This document shows, one piece after another, positions 7,914 to 16,808 of a stretch of DNA of 64,000 nt. This DNA comes from a virus. Under the pieces are notes generated by a model. The model searched no databases, was not told the DNA's origin, and saw nothing but the letters and a program-made list of their open reading frames with translations. Location: positions 1 to 64,000 of the IMG/VR virus record IMGVR_UViG_3300045391_004887; one strand, written 5' to 3'. The first letter of the stretch is position 1. Each line of letters starts with the position of its first letter. The position numbers were made by a program, and so were the translations under genes.

Positions 7914-8633
7914 TCAGGCGATGGAGAGGCCGTAGCGGCTGCGCACGTACGCCTTGACCTGTGCGTATCGGTTGTCGTCGGCGTTGATGACGCAGGCGAC
8001 GCTGCCGCCGGAGTTGGCGCCCTGCGCATCGCCGATGGACTCGTGCGAGAACGGGAACATGCCGCCGGTGCCGGACCAGGTCACTCCGCCTACGGTGGTG
8101 CCGTCGATCTGCCAAAGCGTGCCCGTCGAGAGCGGGCGAAAAGAGTGTAGGTGCCAACCCGTGTCAAAGGCTGGGGTGGTCGCGTCCTTGCTCTGAACGC
8201 CGTCGACATCGAGTAGCGAGTAGCAGGAAAACTTCGACGAGCCCGCGGCGCGCTTGAACTCGAGTACGACGTCGGTGACCTCGTCGACCGACAGCAGCTG
8301 GAACGCGACACGCGACGCCGTGTCGGGAAGCTTGCACACCACGTGGTGGCAGATGCGTTGCCCGAGCGCGCTACCCGGGCCGGCAGAGATTGATCTGCCC
8401 GTGCCCTGCAGATCGATGCACGGCTGACCATTGGGACCGCCGCTCGCGTTGAACGCTGGCTGTGCCCCCGTCGTCGCCTGCGTCATATGCGCGCGGCCGC
8501 GACCTCTGTCCGCGAGCGCAGATACGTTGCTGCCGTTCAGAGTCAGGAACGCGCCGGCTGCGGCAGGTAGCTCCCAGTGGTTCAGGAAGGGATTGTCCGG
8601 CCGGATGATCCGCCGAGCGCCGCCGTTTCTCAC
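7914..8633 (-). CDS. Fibre-associated protein, paralogue A (239 aa)
   Basis: Start trimmed to GTG 8633..8631 (GTGA overlap with the fibre stop). VRNGGARRIIRPDNPFLNHWELPAAAGAFLTLNGSNVSALADR ... GWHLHSFRPLSTGTLWQIDGT ... VKAYVRSRYGLSIA. The upstream part of track ORF 7914..9098 is junk. Confidence 0.75.
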   Translation of the reverse strand: MRNGGARRIIRPDNPFLNHWELPAAAGAFLTLNGSNVSALADRGRGRAHMTQATTGAQPAFNASGGPNGQPCIDLQGTGRSISAGPGSALGQRICHHVVCKLPDTASRVAFQLLSVDEVTDVVLEFKRAAGSSKFSCYSLLDVDGVQSKDATTPAFDTGWHLHSFRPLSTGTLWQIDGTTVGGVTWSGTGGMFPFSHESIGDAQGANSGGSVACVINADDNRYAQVKAYVRSRYGLSIA

Positions 8634-10312
8634 GTGAAGTCCGGCGACACCGCGCCGTCGCCGGCGATCTGCACGAGGCACAGGTTCACGCTGTTGATGG
8701 TGACCATCTTGTAGAACAGCACCGAGCGTGCGTTCGCCGCCTTGAACTCGGTCGTGTTCACCAGGCCACCGGCGTTGAGGCAACGCACCGTGAAGCCCGA
8801 CACCGTGATGGCCGTGATGCGCCGGCTGCCGGTGCCGTCCTGCAGGAAGGCGATCGTGCCGCTCTGACCGACGGCAGGGTTGGCGAGCGTGATCGCGATG
8901 TTGTTGGTCAGCGTCCCGAGCGCGAAGTCGTCGTTCGCAGCAACATCGAAGCTCGGCGTGGTCGAGAAGGCGACGTTCGTCTGCGTCGTCTTGATCGGAC
9001 CGGTGAGCGTGCCGCCGGCGAGCGGAAGATACGTGCCCGACGCGGGGTCGAGCTTCACCCAGCTGGTGTTGTTCGCGCTCGATCCGCGGTGCTCCCACAG
9101 GCCGCTGTTGGTCGTGGCCTGCCGGAAGTAGAGATCGCCGGGGTTGCCGGTGACGTTGCCAACCGGCGTGACCACGCCCGAGTAGATCTTCACCCCCGCA
9201 ACGCCGACGCCCTCAAGAATGCCCAGGTAGCCGACCACGATGCCGCGCGCGACGGCGGGACCGATGCTGATCGCGCCGTTGCTGCCGAGGCCGCTCTCGC
9301 CACCGAGCGGGACGTTGGTGCCGCCGGGCCCGGCTTCGATGTTGATGTCGCCGCCGCCGCCACCGTTGATGCCCGCGTCATTGCTATCGCCGCCAGCGCC
9401 GCCGGTGACGTTGATTGCCCCCGCTGATCCAGGCTGCCCAGTGGCGCTTGATGCGTCACCGCCGTCGCCGCTCTTGAGAGCGAGCGGCCCGCCGTTGCCG
9501 GCGGTCCCGGCCGCGGTCGATGCGCCGTTGCCAGCGCGGATGTCTGCGCTGCCGCCGTCGCCGCCCACGCCCGCGCCAGCTGCCACGCCGCCGGCTGCGC
9601 CCCACAGCCGCGCATTGCCGCCGGCTCTTCCGTCGCCGGTTCCTGAAGCACCACCGCCCGCACCAGCGAGCACGTAGGCGTTGCCGCCGCCGCCGGCCTG
9701 CCCGTTGACAGCTGAGCCGCCAGCACTTGCCGAGAGTACGACTAGGCCGCCGTCGCTACCGTTCGTTGCGCCCGTGCCCGCCTTGCCCGCTCCTGAAGCG
9801 AGCACCAGGTCAGTGCCCTCGATGGCGGTCGCGACCGCGTCGGGAGCCTTGAGCAGCGTCTGCTCGCTCGTAACCTTGCGGCGGAAGAACAGCAGGATGT
9901 CGGTCAGCGCGTCGGCCGCGCGCACGCGCAGGTTGTTCGTTCCGCTCGCGACCTCCGCGTCGATCGTTCCACCGGCTGTGTACGCCTGCTGCAGCGTCGG
10001 GGTCGCGCCGGTGGCCGCGATCGTGATGTCGACCTCGCCGCTACCGGCATCGTCGGCTGCGGTGATCGCTACGCCGCTGCCCTCGATCAGATTCAGGCGC
10101 CCGCGCGTGCCGACGTCCGCTCCGCTGTTCTTGCGGACGGTGACGGTGCCGTTCACTCCCGCGCTGATGTCGAGAACGCTCTGCTTGTTCGTCGGATCGT
10201 CGGTGAGCGTCGCTCCGATCACCTTCAGCGTCGAGCGCTGAGGCAAGACGGAGTTGTCCGACTTCTTGAGCCGATGAATGCCCAAGAGCGATGAGATCCA
10301 GCCGTCAGCCAT
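8630..10312 (-). CDS. Tail fibre with glycine-rich central domain (560 aa)
   Basis: Conserved-looking N-terminus, long GxGG/GAGG central block, C-terminal beta-rich part. Located directly after the baseplate genes. Confidence 0.8.
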   Translation of the reverse strand: MADGWISSLLGIHRLKKSDNSVLPQRSTLKVIGATLTDDPTNKQSVLDISAGVNGTVTVRKNSGADVGTRGRLNLIEGSGVAITAADDAGSGEVDITIAATGATPTLQQAYTAGGTIDAEVASGTNNLRVRAADALTDILLFFRRKVTSEQTLLKAPDAVATAIEGTDLVLASGAGKAGTGATNGSDGGLVVLSASAGGSAVNGQAGGGGNAYVLAGAGGGASGTGDGRAGGNARLWGAAGGVAAGAGVGGDGGSADIRAGNGASTAAGTAGNGGPLALKSGDGGDASSATGQPGSAGAINVTGGAGGDSNDAGINGGGGGDINIEAGPGGTNVPLGGESGLGSNGAISIGPAVARGIVVGYLGILEGVGVAGVKIYSGVVTPVGNVTGNPGDLYFRQATTNSGLWEHRGSSANNTSWVKLDPASGTYLPLAGGTLTGPIKTTQTNVAFSTTPSFDVAANDDFALGTLTNNIAITLANPAVGQSGTIAFLQDGTGSRRITAITVSGFTVRCLNAGGLVNTTEFKAANARSVLFYKMVTINSVNLCLVQIAGDGAVSPDFT

Positions 10313-10315
10313 GGT

Positions 10316-11428
10316 CTACGCCGCCTGCGATCGGCAAGGGCCGGTGTAGAGAAGGTGACCGTGGTGCGTGGCGATCATGAAGCGCTCGCCATCGGTGGCG
10401 ACCGCATGCGCGTCCATCAGGCTGCTCAACCACGGGTGCCCGGGTCGGAACAGGCGCCGCCAACCGTCGCGCCCCCACCGACCGACCAGCACGAGCGGAT
10501 CGTTCGTGTTGCTGTTTTCGAAACCGACGATGCACCACAGATCGGCCTGCTTGCAGTGAACGGCATCGGCGAATGTGATGGGCGCAAGGCTCGGCAGTCC
10601 GCCCTGCTCCACAGTCCATGTGGTCCCGCCTGGGCTCGAAGCCATCACCAGCCCCGTGCTGAATGCGACGAACCGACCAATGCCGAGCGTGTTGCCGACT
10701 TGAGACCAGCGCACCTTCGCCCAGAACACTCCGGTTCCCAGCGACGACGTCTGATGTGACCACGACGTTCCGTTCGTGGAGTGCCGAATCTCGCCGTTGG
10801 TGCCAACCGCCACGAAGTCGCTGACGCCGTTGAAGGCGACGGAGAACAGGTTGTATGAGCTAGTCGTCTCGCGCCGAGTCCACGTCACCCCATCGGGCGA
10901 AGTCTGAATCTCTCCGGTGTCGCCTACCGCGACGAACAGACCGACGCCGAAGGTCACATCGCGGAAGTCGCCCGTGTACGAAGACCCGGCGGTGTGGTTG
11001 GTCCAGCTGGTCCCGCCGTTGGTCGAGACCTTGATCTCGGCGGAGGCGCCAACGGCGACGATGATGCTCCCGTCCGCGTTGCTGGCGAAGCCGCGGCGCG
11101 ATCCGGATCCTGCGCCCGAGCTCGAGACGCTGAGCGCGTCGAAGTTGTTCGTCGGCGCGGCTGCGTAGCGGATGAAGTCCACCGAGCCAGTACCTGCCCA
11201 GAGCCAGCGCGCGCCGTTCGGGGAGGCTGGCACAAAGAACGCGCACGTCGGGCTGTCGTTCACCGTCGAGCCGTCCGCCGTGACCTGATTCAACGCTCCG
11301 ATCGCATCGATCGCGCTCTGCGCTGCCGCGCGGTCCGCGAGCTGACGGAACGCAACGTTGACGCTCTCGGCGTCTGCCGCATCGCCGTCATCCGGGATTG
11401 CGGTCAGCGGATTGTAGGCGTGAGACAC
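10316..11428 (-). CDS. Tail protein with Asp-box (BNR-like) beta-propeller repeats (370 aa)
   Basis: Four spaced repeats: IIVAVGASAEIKVSTNGGTSWT, LFVAVGDTGEIQTSPDGVTWT, DFVAVGTNGEIRHSTNGTSWS, RFVAFSTGLVMASSPGGTTWT. These match the S-x-D/N-G-x-T-W Asp-box pattern. Confidence 0.75.
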   Translation of the reverse strand: MSHAYNPLTAIPDDGDAADAESVNVAFRQLADRAAAQSAIDAIGALNQVTADGSTVNDSPTCAFFVPASPNGARWLWAGTGSVDFIRYAAAPTNNFDALSVSSSGAGSGSRRGFASNADGSIIVAVGASAEIKVSTNGGTSWTNHTAGSSYTGDFRDVTFGVGLFVAVGDTGEIQTSPDGVTWTRRETTSSYNLFSVAFNGVSDFVAVGTNGEIRHSTNGTSWSHQTSSLGTGVFWAKVRWSQVGNTLGIGRFVAFSTGLVMASSPGGTTWTVEQGGLPSLAPITFADAVHCKQADLWCIVGFENSNTNDPLVLVGRWGRDGWRRLFRPGHPWLSSLMDAHAVATDGERFMIATHHGHLLYTGPCRSQAA

Positions 11429-11431
11429 GGA

Positions 11432-12103
11432 TCACCCTCTCCAGTAGATCGCCGCACGACTGCGGTTTGCCGGGTTGTCCCACGTGCCGTCAGGCTGCTC
11501 TGCAGCCCACGTCACGCCATCGAGAACGACGATGATGTACTCGCAGATCACGTGCGCCGGCTTCCACTTGCGCACCAGCGCGCGCACGCTCCGCACTTCG
11601 TCGAGCGTGGCCGTGGAGCCCCACGTCCTTTGTCCCCAGAGCGTTCCATCGCCCCAAAGCCAGCGCGACCAAGGGTGACCGGTGATGACGACGTAGAAGC
11701 GTGACCAGTTGTCGACGTCCGCGTCCCAGTTCCAGCCCGGAGTCGTGCGGTCTTTGACTTCAGCTGTGAGTCCGAGCGCGGCGAGCTGGTTCTCGATGCA
11801 GGTCGTCGTGCCTGCGTTCTTCCAGGTCTCCCAAGCGTCGCGCAGTCGAGCTGTGTAGGTCTCGTCGGTATCGATCGGATACCGCGGCATCGAGCGACCG
11901 TCGCCAAGGTACGGCAACGCGCTCGGCGGGAACGTGTCCGAGCCGAAGAACCTCGCCTTGATCGCTTGGTTACAGCCTTCGGCCGCGGCGTCGAAGAACA
12001 CGCCCAGCGTTCCCGGCAGCACGCGCTGACCCGAGTCGCCCTGAAAGACAGTGGGCGACAGCGCGTCTGCCGCGTAGCGCTGGAAGGTCGTTGGCGCGGT
12101 CAT
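11432..12103 (-). CDS. Baseplate / tail protein in the position of Mu gp48 / P2 gpI (223 aa)
   Basis: Follows the baseplate J gene with a 3-nt gap. Trp-rich, balanced composition. The call is by synteny only. Confidence 0.6.
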   Translation of the reverse strand: MTAPTTFQRYAADALSPTVFQGDSGQRVLPGTLGVFFDAAAEGCNQAIKARFFGSDTFPPSALPYLGDGRSMPRYPIDTDETYTARLRDAWETWKNAGTTTCIENQLAALGLTAEVKDRTTPGWNWDADVDNWSRFYVVITGHPWSRWLWGDGTLWGQRTWGSTATLDEVRSVRALVRKWKPAHVICEYIIVVLDGVTWAAEQPDGTWDNPANRSRAAIYWRG

Positions 12104-12106
12104 GGA

Positions 12107-13273
12107 TCAGAGCGCGGCAGGCAGCACCGGCATGTCCGGCGTGCCCATCACCGCAACCTGGGTCTTGAGCATCGCGATGTTCGCCGCGGGCGCGGTCAGC
12201 ACGACGTTCACCACGCCTGGGATCGAGAACAGCGCGTAATACAGCTGGCCGATCAGCAGCTCGCCAGCGTCGCCGTCGAAGGACTTCACGCCGCCGATCG
12301 GAACAGCCCGCAAGAACGCGTTGAGCGTCGCGAGCACCACGTCTCCGAGCACGACGGCATCCATCGCCGGGTCGCAGTAGACGGTCCCGGTGAAGTTGAC
12401 GGGCAGATTCGTCGCGCTCAGCGCCAAGACGTCAGCGCAGAGCGCGCGCCGGCGCACGAGATCGGTCGTGCCGTCGATGTAGTTCTGGACCGCAGCGACG
12501 ACAGGCCCTGCAACGGCGCCACTCGCCCCCGCGAGGTAGACATCGAGCGTGCCGGGGCCACGTGGGTTCTGAGCGTCGACGAACACGCGCGTGACAGCCG
12601 GATCGGCCTCGCGCGCCCAGTTCTCGTACGCTTCCGCAGGCCCGTTGACTCCGAGCCCTGCCCACTTCGTGCGGTCGCGCTGCTGCAGCGAGGCGTCGGT
12701 CTCTTGGTCCGCGCCCGAGCGCGTGATCCACGTGCCCGGACCGAGGTCGGGGTTGTTGACCGTGACCCCGGGCGGGCCTTCGACGCGCACGGTGAGCGTG
12801 TTGATCGGAACATTGCCGTCGTTGCCGCCGACTTCCGCTTCGAAGTACAGCGGCAGCACGCCACTCAGAGCGAGCGTGCCGCCTGTGGTGTTGCGGTAGC
12901 GGCGACCATCGGCGTCGCTCACCACCACTTCGTCGACGCCGATCGTGTGGGGACCGGTGCCATCCGAGTCCGTGAGCGAGACGACTCCGAGCGTCTTGAC
13001 CGCCTCGAAGCGCTGATTGTCGTAGTGGCTGTCGGAGAGCAGGTCGAGCCAGCCGCCGCTGGAGAGCGAGAGCAGGCCCGCGCGCGCGAGCTGGTCCGCA
13101 ACGAGCAGCTTCTCGGATGCAAGCTCGGCAAAGGCCTCGAACATCGTCCGCTGCAGGGACCCGCTCTGCCAGCTCTCCACCGGGAAGCCGTGGCCGCGCA
13201 ACAGATCAAAAAGGAAGGCGAGCGCCTGGTCCTTCGTGATCGGTACGATCAGCTCGTCGACCGAGACAGCCAC
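12107..13273 (-). CDS. Baseplate J-like protein (Mu gp47 / P2 gpJ family, 388 aa)
   Basis: Length, position and sequence character fit (…ETDASLQQRDRTKWAGLGVNGPAEAYENWAREADPAVTRVFV…GTLDVYLAG…). Confidence 0.8.
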   Translation of the reverse strand: MAVSVDELIVPITKDQALAFLFDLLRGHGFPVESWQSGSLQRTMFEAFAELASEKLLVADQLARAGLLSLSSGGWLDLLSDSHYDNQRFEAVKTLGVVSLTDSDGTGPHTIGVDEVVVSDADGRRYRNTTGGTLALSGVLPLYFEAEVGGNDGNVPINTLTVRVEGPPGVTVNNPDLGPGTWITRSGADQETDASLQQRDRTKWAGLGVNGPAEAYENWAREADPAVTRVFVDAQNPRGPGTLDVYLAGASGAVAGPVVAAVQNYIDGTTDLVRRRALCADVLALSATNLPVNFTGTVYCDPAMDAVVLGDVVLATLNAFLRAVPIGGVKSFDGDAGELLIGQLYYALFSIPGVVNVVLTAPAANIAMLKTQVAVMGTPDMPVLPAAL

Positions 13274-13274
13274 G

Positions 13275-13661
13275 TCAGGTGTTCTCCGTGAGGAGCTCGA
13301 CCGTCAGCGCGCTGGCTGCGATCGTGAGCTTGAATGGACCGTCGCCGTCGGTGACGGTCAGGCGCACCGTGAGCGTCTCGCCGATGAAGGCGGCCTCGAC
13401 GTCCACGCTGTCGACGCGCTCGTCCTTCTCGCACTCGACGCGCACCTGCATCTCGAGCGCGCCAGGCTGCGGCGCCGGCGCGCTCAGGAACTGGCGAAGG
13501 TCGAGCCCGTAGTCGAAGTCGTAGAAGAGCGAGCCGTGCGGCGTGGTCAGCCTGTGAAGCAGGGCCTCAGCCAGCCCACGGCGTCCCGAGACGAGCCCTA
13601 GCGTCGGGAGCACGTCGAGAACGCCTCCCAGGTCGACGCCAAACTCTGTGCTTTCGGCCAC
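13275..13661 (-). CDS. Baseplate wedge protein, GPW/gp25-like (128 aa)
   Basis: …GLAEALLHRLTTPHGSLFYDFDYGLDLRQFLS… resembles the gp25/W motif. GTG start has GAGGG 8 nt upstream. Immediately precedes J. Confidence 0.65.
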   Translation of the reverse strand: MAESTEFGVDLGGVLDVLPTLGLVSGRRGLAEALLHRLTTPHGSLFYDFDYGLDLRQFLSAPAPQPGALEMQVRVECEKDERVDSVDVEAAFIGETLTVRLTVTDGDGPFKLTIAASALTVELLTENT

Positions 13662-13674
13662 TTAGTGCCCTCGT

Positions 13675-13704
13675 TTGACCGAGGCCACGCAGGCCCCCCA
13701 TACT
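13675..13704 (+). promoter_or_regulatory. Sigma70-like promoter candidate for the plus-strand insert (TTGACC-N18-CATACT), predicting a leaderless or very short-leader mRNA
   Basis: TTGACC at 13675-13680 and CATACT at 13699-13704, with the ATG at 13711. The track's TTG 'start' at 13675 is this -35 box. Confidence 0.4.
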
Positions 13705-13710
13705 TTTGCG

Positions 13711-14619
13711 ATGCGACTGGCGCTCGTACTTGCGATCGCGCTGCTCGGCTGCTCGAGCAGCCACGGCGGCGACCCCGAATCCCCTGCAGACGACGGTGAC
13801 CCGCGAACCGCTTCCGCGCGCGGATCGAGCGCATCGAAGAGCACCGATCACAGCGATGGAGTCGGTTCACTGAGGGGAACAAACGACGCCGGCGCCGATC
13901 AGGACGAGGAGTCCGCAGGCAGCAGTGCTGACGTGCCAGTGGACACGGGCCACGACGCTGAGCCGCCGAATTCAGCTGCCGGGATGGGCGCGGAGGAGAC
14001 GGCTGGATCTTCGGCTGCGCCCGGTGCCGGCAGCTCTGCCCCGATGATGGGCGCTGCGGGTGCCGGCGGGAGCGCTCTTCCGCAGGCGGGAAGCGGATCG
14101 CCGACGATTCAATGCAGCGACGACGACTCCGATGGGGTGTGCGACGACTTGGACACATGCCCCGGCGGCTCGGACGCGGATGCGGACCGTAACGGCTACG
14201 CCGATGGGTGTGATCAGGTGTTGGCGAAGTTCCAGATCCCCAAGGCAACAAAGACCATCGCCGACGTGTCTTCGCGCATCCGCATCAGCGGATCGCTCGC
14301 TGAATCGATGTCGCTGTTCACCACGTCGCCGTTGACGAGCGCGGGAACGACCTCCTTCGATGTCGACGGTGGCCCGGAATACGTGATAGCCGCGGCTGCT
14401 CGCCTTCAGTCTGGAGCGGCCGCCATCAGCGCTTCAATCGAGGCGAATGGTTCGGTGGGTGTTTCTGGTCAGCGCTGGTTCGTGAGCAACCAAAACGCCG
14501 ACATGACCTCGAAGACAATCACGCGCTTCGTGCTCGTAGTCGATCCTCTCGAGCTCGTGCCGAACGGAACGAAGACCGACGTGACCACCGGTGGGCGCTG
14601 GGAAATCCGCGGCTACTGA
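13711..14619 (+). CDS. Lipoprotein with two thrombospondin-type-3-like Asp/Cys calcium-binding repeats (302 aa)
   Basis: MRLALVLAIALLGCSSS is a canonical lipobox (LLGC). Followed by a long D/S/G/A-rich linker, then DDDSDGVCDDLDTCPGGSDADADRNGYADGCD, then a beta-rich C-terminal domain. Opposite strand to all neighbouring genes. Confidence 0.8.
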   Translation: MRLALVLAIALLGCSSSHGGDPESPADDGDPRTASARGSSASKSTDHSDGVGSLRGTNDAGADQDEESAGSSADVPVDTGHDAEPPNSAAGMGAEETAGSSAAPGAGSSAPMMGAAGAGGSALPQAGSGSPTIQCSDDDSDGVCDDLDTCPGGSDADADRNGYADGCDQVLAKFQIPKATKTIADVSSRIRISGSLAESMSLFTTSPLTSAGTTSFDVDGGPEYVIAAAARLQSGAAAISASIEANGSVGVSGQRWFVSNQNADMTSKTITRFVLVVDPLELVPNGTKTDVTTGGRWEIRGY

Positions 14620-15216
14620 GTGGACGCGAAGCAGAAGGAAGACCGGCGCAACGGTGCGATCGGCTGCCTCGTTGTCGCTGCGCTTGGGCTCAGCTGGTGC
14701 GGCCTGTGTCGATCGGGTTCTGACCGGCGACCTTCGGTAGCATCCGTGCCGACGGAGGCGGCGAAGCCTGTCGTGATCGAACCTCCCGATGATCGACCGC
14801 CAGCATGCAACTACCTGCGGCCGTTCGGACTGCCGACGGGCGACTTCTGGCAGCCCGACCCTGAATCTCCCTATCAATGCGTGTCGACGTACAAGAAGCT
14901 TCCAAGCTCAGGCCCGCTCGAGAACCACATGACGTACGCAGTCCTCGGCGAATCTGGGGGCATCGTGCATTCGATGACGCTCGAGCTTGATATCTACGAC
15001 CGCCGCACTGCGGAGGCGGCGCGAGAAGCCCTGATCGTCCCGGCGTCCCAGCTCTGCAGCAGGGTATTTGGTCAGATGATGCCGGACTCGATGTTCAAGG
15101 CGATCCGCGCGGGCAAGCCGCTGCTGCTCGAAACGGGGGCCGGCAAGATGTCCCTTGAGCGATCGAACTGGCCAACCGGTCTCGGTTACGACCTCAAGTT
15201 TTCGATCGAGCTCTAG
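14620..15216 (+). CDS. Signal-anchored / secreted hypothetical protein (198 aa), coupled to the lipoprotein gene
   Basis: GTG immediately after the TGA of 13711..14619. N-terminal KQKEDRRNGAIGCLVVAALGLSWCGLC hydrophobic segment, followed by a globular-looking remainder. Confidence 0.7.
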   Translation: MDAKQKEDRRNGAIGCLVVAALGLSWCGLCRSGSDRRPSVASVPTEAAKPVVIEPPDDRPPACNYLRPFGLPTGDFWQPDPESPYQCVSTYKKLPSSGPLENHMTYAVLGESGGIVHSMTLELDIYDRRTAEAAREALIVPASQLCSRVFGQMMPDSMFKAIRAGKPLLLETGAGKMSLERSNWPTGLGYDLKFSIEL

Positions 15217-15219
15217 AGA

Positions 15220-15672
15220 TCAACTCCAGTTGACCGGCGATCCGCCGACGCTCGGCGTTGCGGTCCCCGTGATCATCCAGTCATCGATCGCCGACCTGAA
15301 GTCCGACGCTGCGTCGGCGTGCGTCTCCGGCTTCGGTTCCGCCGCGAACAGCGTCGCGAATCCCAGAGGACTCGGAGGCGGCGTCGCGACGAACGCTGGC
15401 GCCATCCCAGCTCCCACGGTGGTCGCGAAGGTGAGGAAGGCCGCTTCCATCGCCGCCGCCGTAGCGGCTGCATTCACGTTCGCGAACGCCGCTGCAAGAG
15501 CTACCTGCAATGCGGCTGCCGCGGTCGTCACCTGCGTGGAAGTCGGAATGATGCCAGTCGCATAGCCATCGAGCGCATCGGCCCACTGCTGCGCGCAGTC
15601 GGCGATCGTCTCTCCCGGCGTCTCGGCAAGCTCTTTGAGATCGTCCTCGAGCCCGGCGGAGTCCAGAGCCAT
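15220..15672 (-). CDS. Hypothetical baseplate-region protein (150 aa)
   Basis: ORF-track protein, Ala-rich but with acidic, structured ends. Lies between the hub/spike gene and the W-like gene. Its stop is only 3 nt from the stop of the convergent 14620..15216. Confidence 0.55.
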   Translation of the reverse strand: MALDSAGLEDDLKELAETPGETIADCAQQWADALDGYATGIIPTSTQVTTAAAALQVALAAAFANVNAAATAAAMEAAFLTFATTVGAGMAPAFVATPPPSPLGFATLFAAEPKPETHADAASDFRSAIDDWMITGTATPSVGGSPVNWS

Positions 15673-15680
15673 AGAAGCGC

Positions 15681-16808
15681 TTAGGCTCCTGGTGTCGGCG
15701 GTCCGCTCGGTCCCATGGCCGTCGGATGAACGTGTGTGCTGAGTGCCACCGGATGCGTGTCAGCCTTCGCTGTGACTTCGCCCGTAACTTCGAGGTCACC
15801 CACAACACGGAGCTTCGCGCCAACGCCGGTCAGCGTGATCGTGATCTGCTGCACGGGCGCGCCAGCATCCCACATCCCCGCGCGCGGCCGCGCCGGATCG
15901 CCAGCATCGAAGAACACCCGCGCGCGCGCGCCGTTGGCTGGCATCGCTGTCACGCCCGGGATCCCGAACACCATCTTGAGGCGGTCGAGTCCCTTCCATT
16001 TGCCGGAGACGAGCCGATCGTCGACGAGCAGCGTGATCTCGTCGCCCGACGTCGCGACCACCTTTCCCGGATAGAACCGGCTGAGCTGCAGCTTGGGCAG
16101 CACCAGCTCGCGGATGCGCTTGCCGACGATGCCGAGTAGTCCGCCCTGCCCCTTCTCCTCGTCGAAGTAGATGTCCTGGCGGAGCGATTTCGCCGTAGCG
16201 ATCAGCGCGGTGCGCTCGATGCGCTTGCCCTCGAGAGTCGTGCCCGGCCGCGCTTGCGGTGCCTCGGTCACGCCGTCGTAGGCAATCGTGAGCTTGCGTT
16301 CCTGCGGGTTGTAGCTCTCGGTGATCGTCTTTGCCGTGACCGGTGGCCAGGTCTCCGGGCCGATCCACAGCGTCCCCGCGCGCGTGATGCGCCACTCGTA
16401 GCCGAGCCCGTCGGCGATCTGGCGCAGCGCGAGGTGTGTCTCGCCCTGCATGCGAGACCAGCGCTCGTAGCGCTTGGCCAGCAGGTCAGCAGGGATCGCC
16501 GGGTCGAGCACCTCGCCCGACTCGCGAGCGATCGCCGTGAGCAGCGTGCCCACGGTGGGCTCGACGTACCACGCGGCCGGAAGCACCTTCGAGAGCCCGC
16601 CGCGGCCGCCGACGATGGTCCCCTTCCAGCGCCCTGACTCGATGTCTCCGAGCACCGCGGTGCCCACGAACTTCTCGCCATCGACGTCGATCGTAATCAG
16701 GCCGCTGAGCGCTTCGTCGGCGTCGACCTCGACGATGGCTGTCCACGAGGCGTTTCGGTTTTCGGCGATGCCGAGCTGGACGACCGGCTTGCCGTTCGCG
16801 GTGATCAC
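15681..16808 (-). CDS. Baseplate hub / central spike protein (Mu gp44-45 / P2 gpV-like, 375 aa)
   Basis: C-terminal OB-like segment …GARARVFFDAGDPARPRAGMWDAG… and terminal HVHPT spike-tip-like motif. GTGA overlap with the upstream gene. Confidence 0.7.
   Translation of the reverse strand: MITANGKPVVQLGIAENRNASWTAIVEVDADEALSGLITIDVDGEKFVGTAVLGDIESGRWKGTIVGGRGGLSKVLPAAWYVEPTVGTLLTAIARESGEVLDPAIPADLLAKRYERWSRMQGETHLALRQIADGLGYEWRITRAGTLWIGPETWPPVTAKTITESYNPQERKLTIAYDGVTEAPQARPGTTLEGKRIERTALIATAKSLRQDIYFDEEKGQGGLLGIVGKRIRELVLPKLQLSRFYPGKVVATSGDEITLLVDDRLVSGKWKGLDRLKMVFGIPGVTAMPANGARARVFFDAGDPARPRAGMWDAGAPVQQITITLTGVGAKLRVVGDLEVTGEVTAKADTHPVALSTHVHPTAMGPSGPPTPGA

Noticed and set aside
7185-10312. 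Diversity-generating retroelement acting on the fibre or its paralogues
   Set aside because: No reverse transcriptase gene and no template/variable repeat pair seen anywhere in the window. The paralogues differ throughout, not by adenine-specific substitutions.
13675-13710. TTG at 13675 and TTG at 51223 used as start codons by the ORF track
   Set aside because: Both TTGs are the first bases of TTGAC(C/G) -35-like hexamers. The downstream ATGs (13711, 51259) give a canonical lipoprotein signal peptide and a compact protein respectively.
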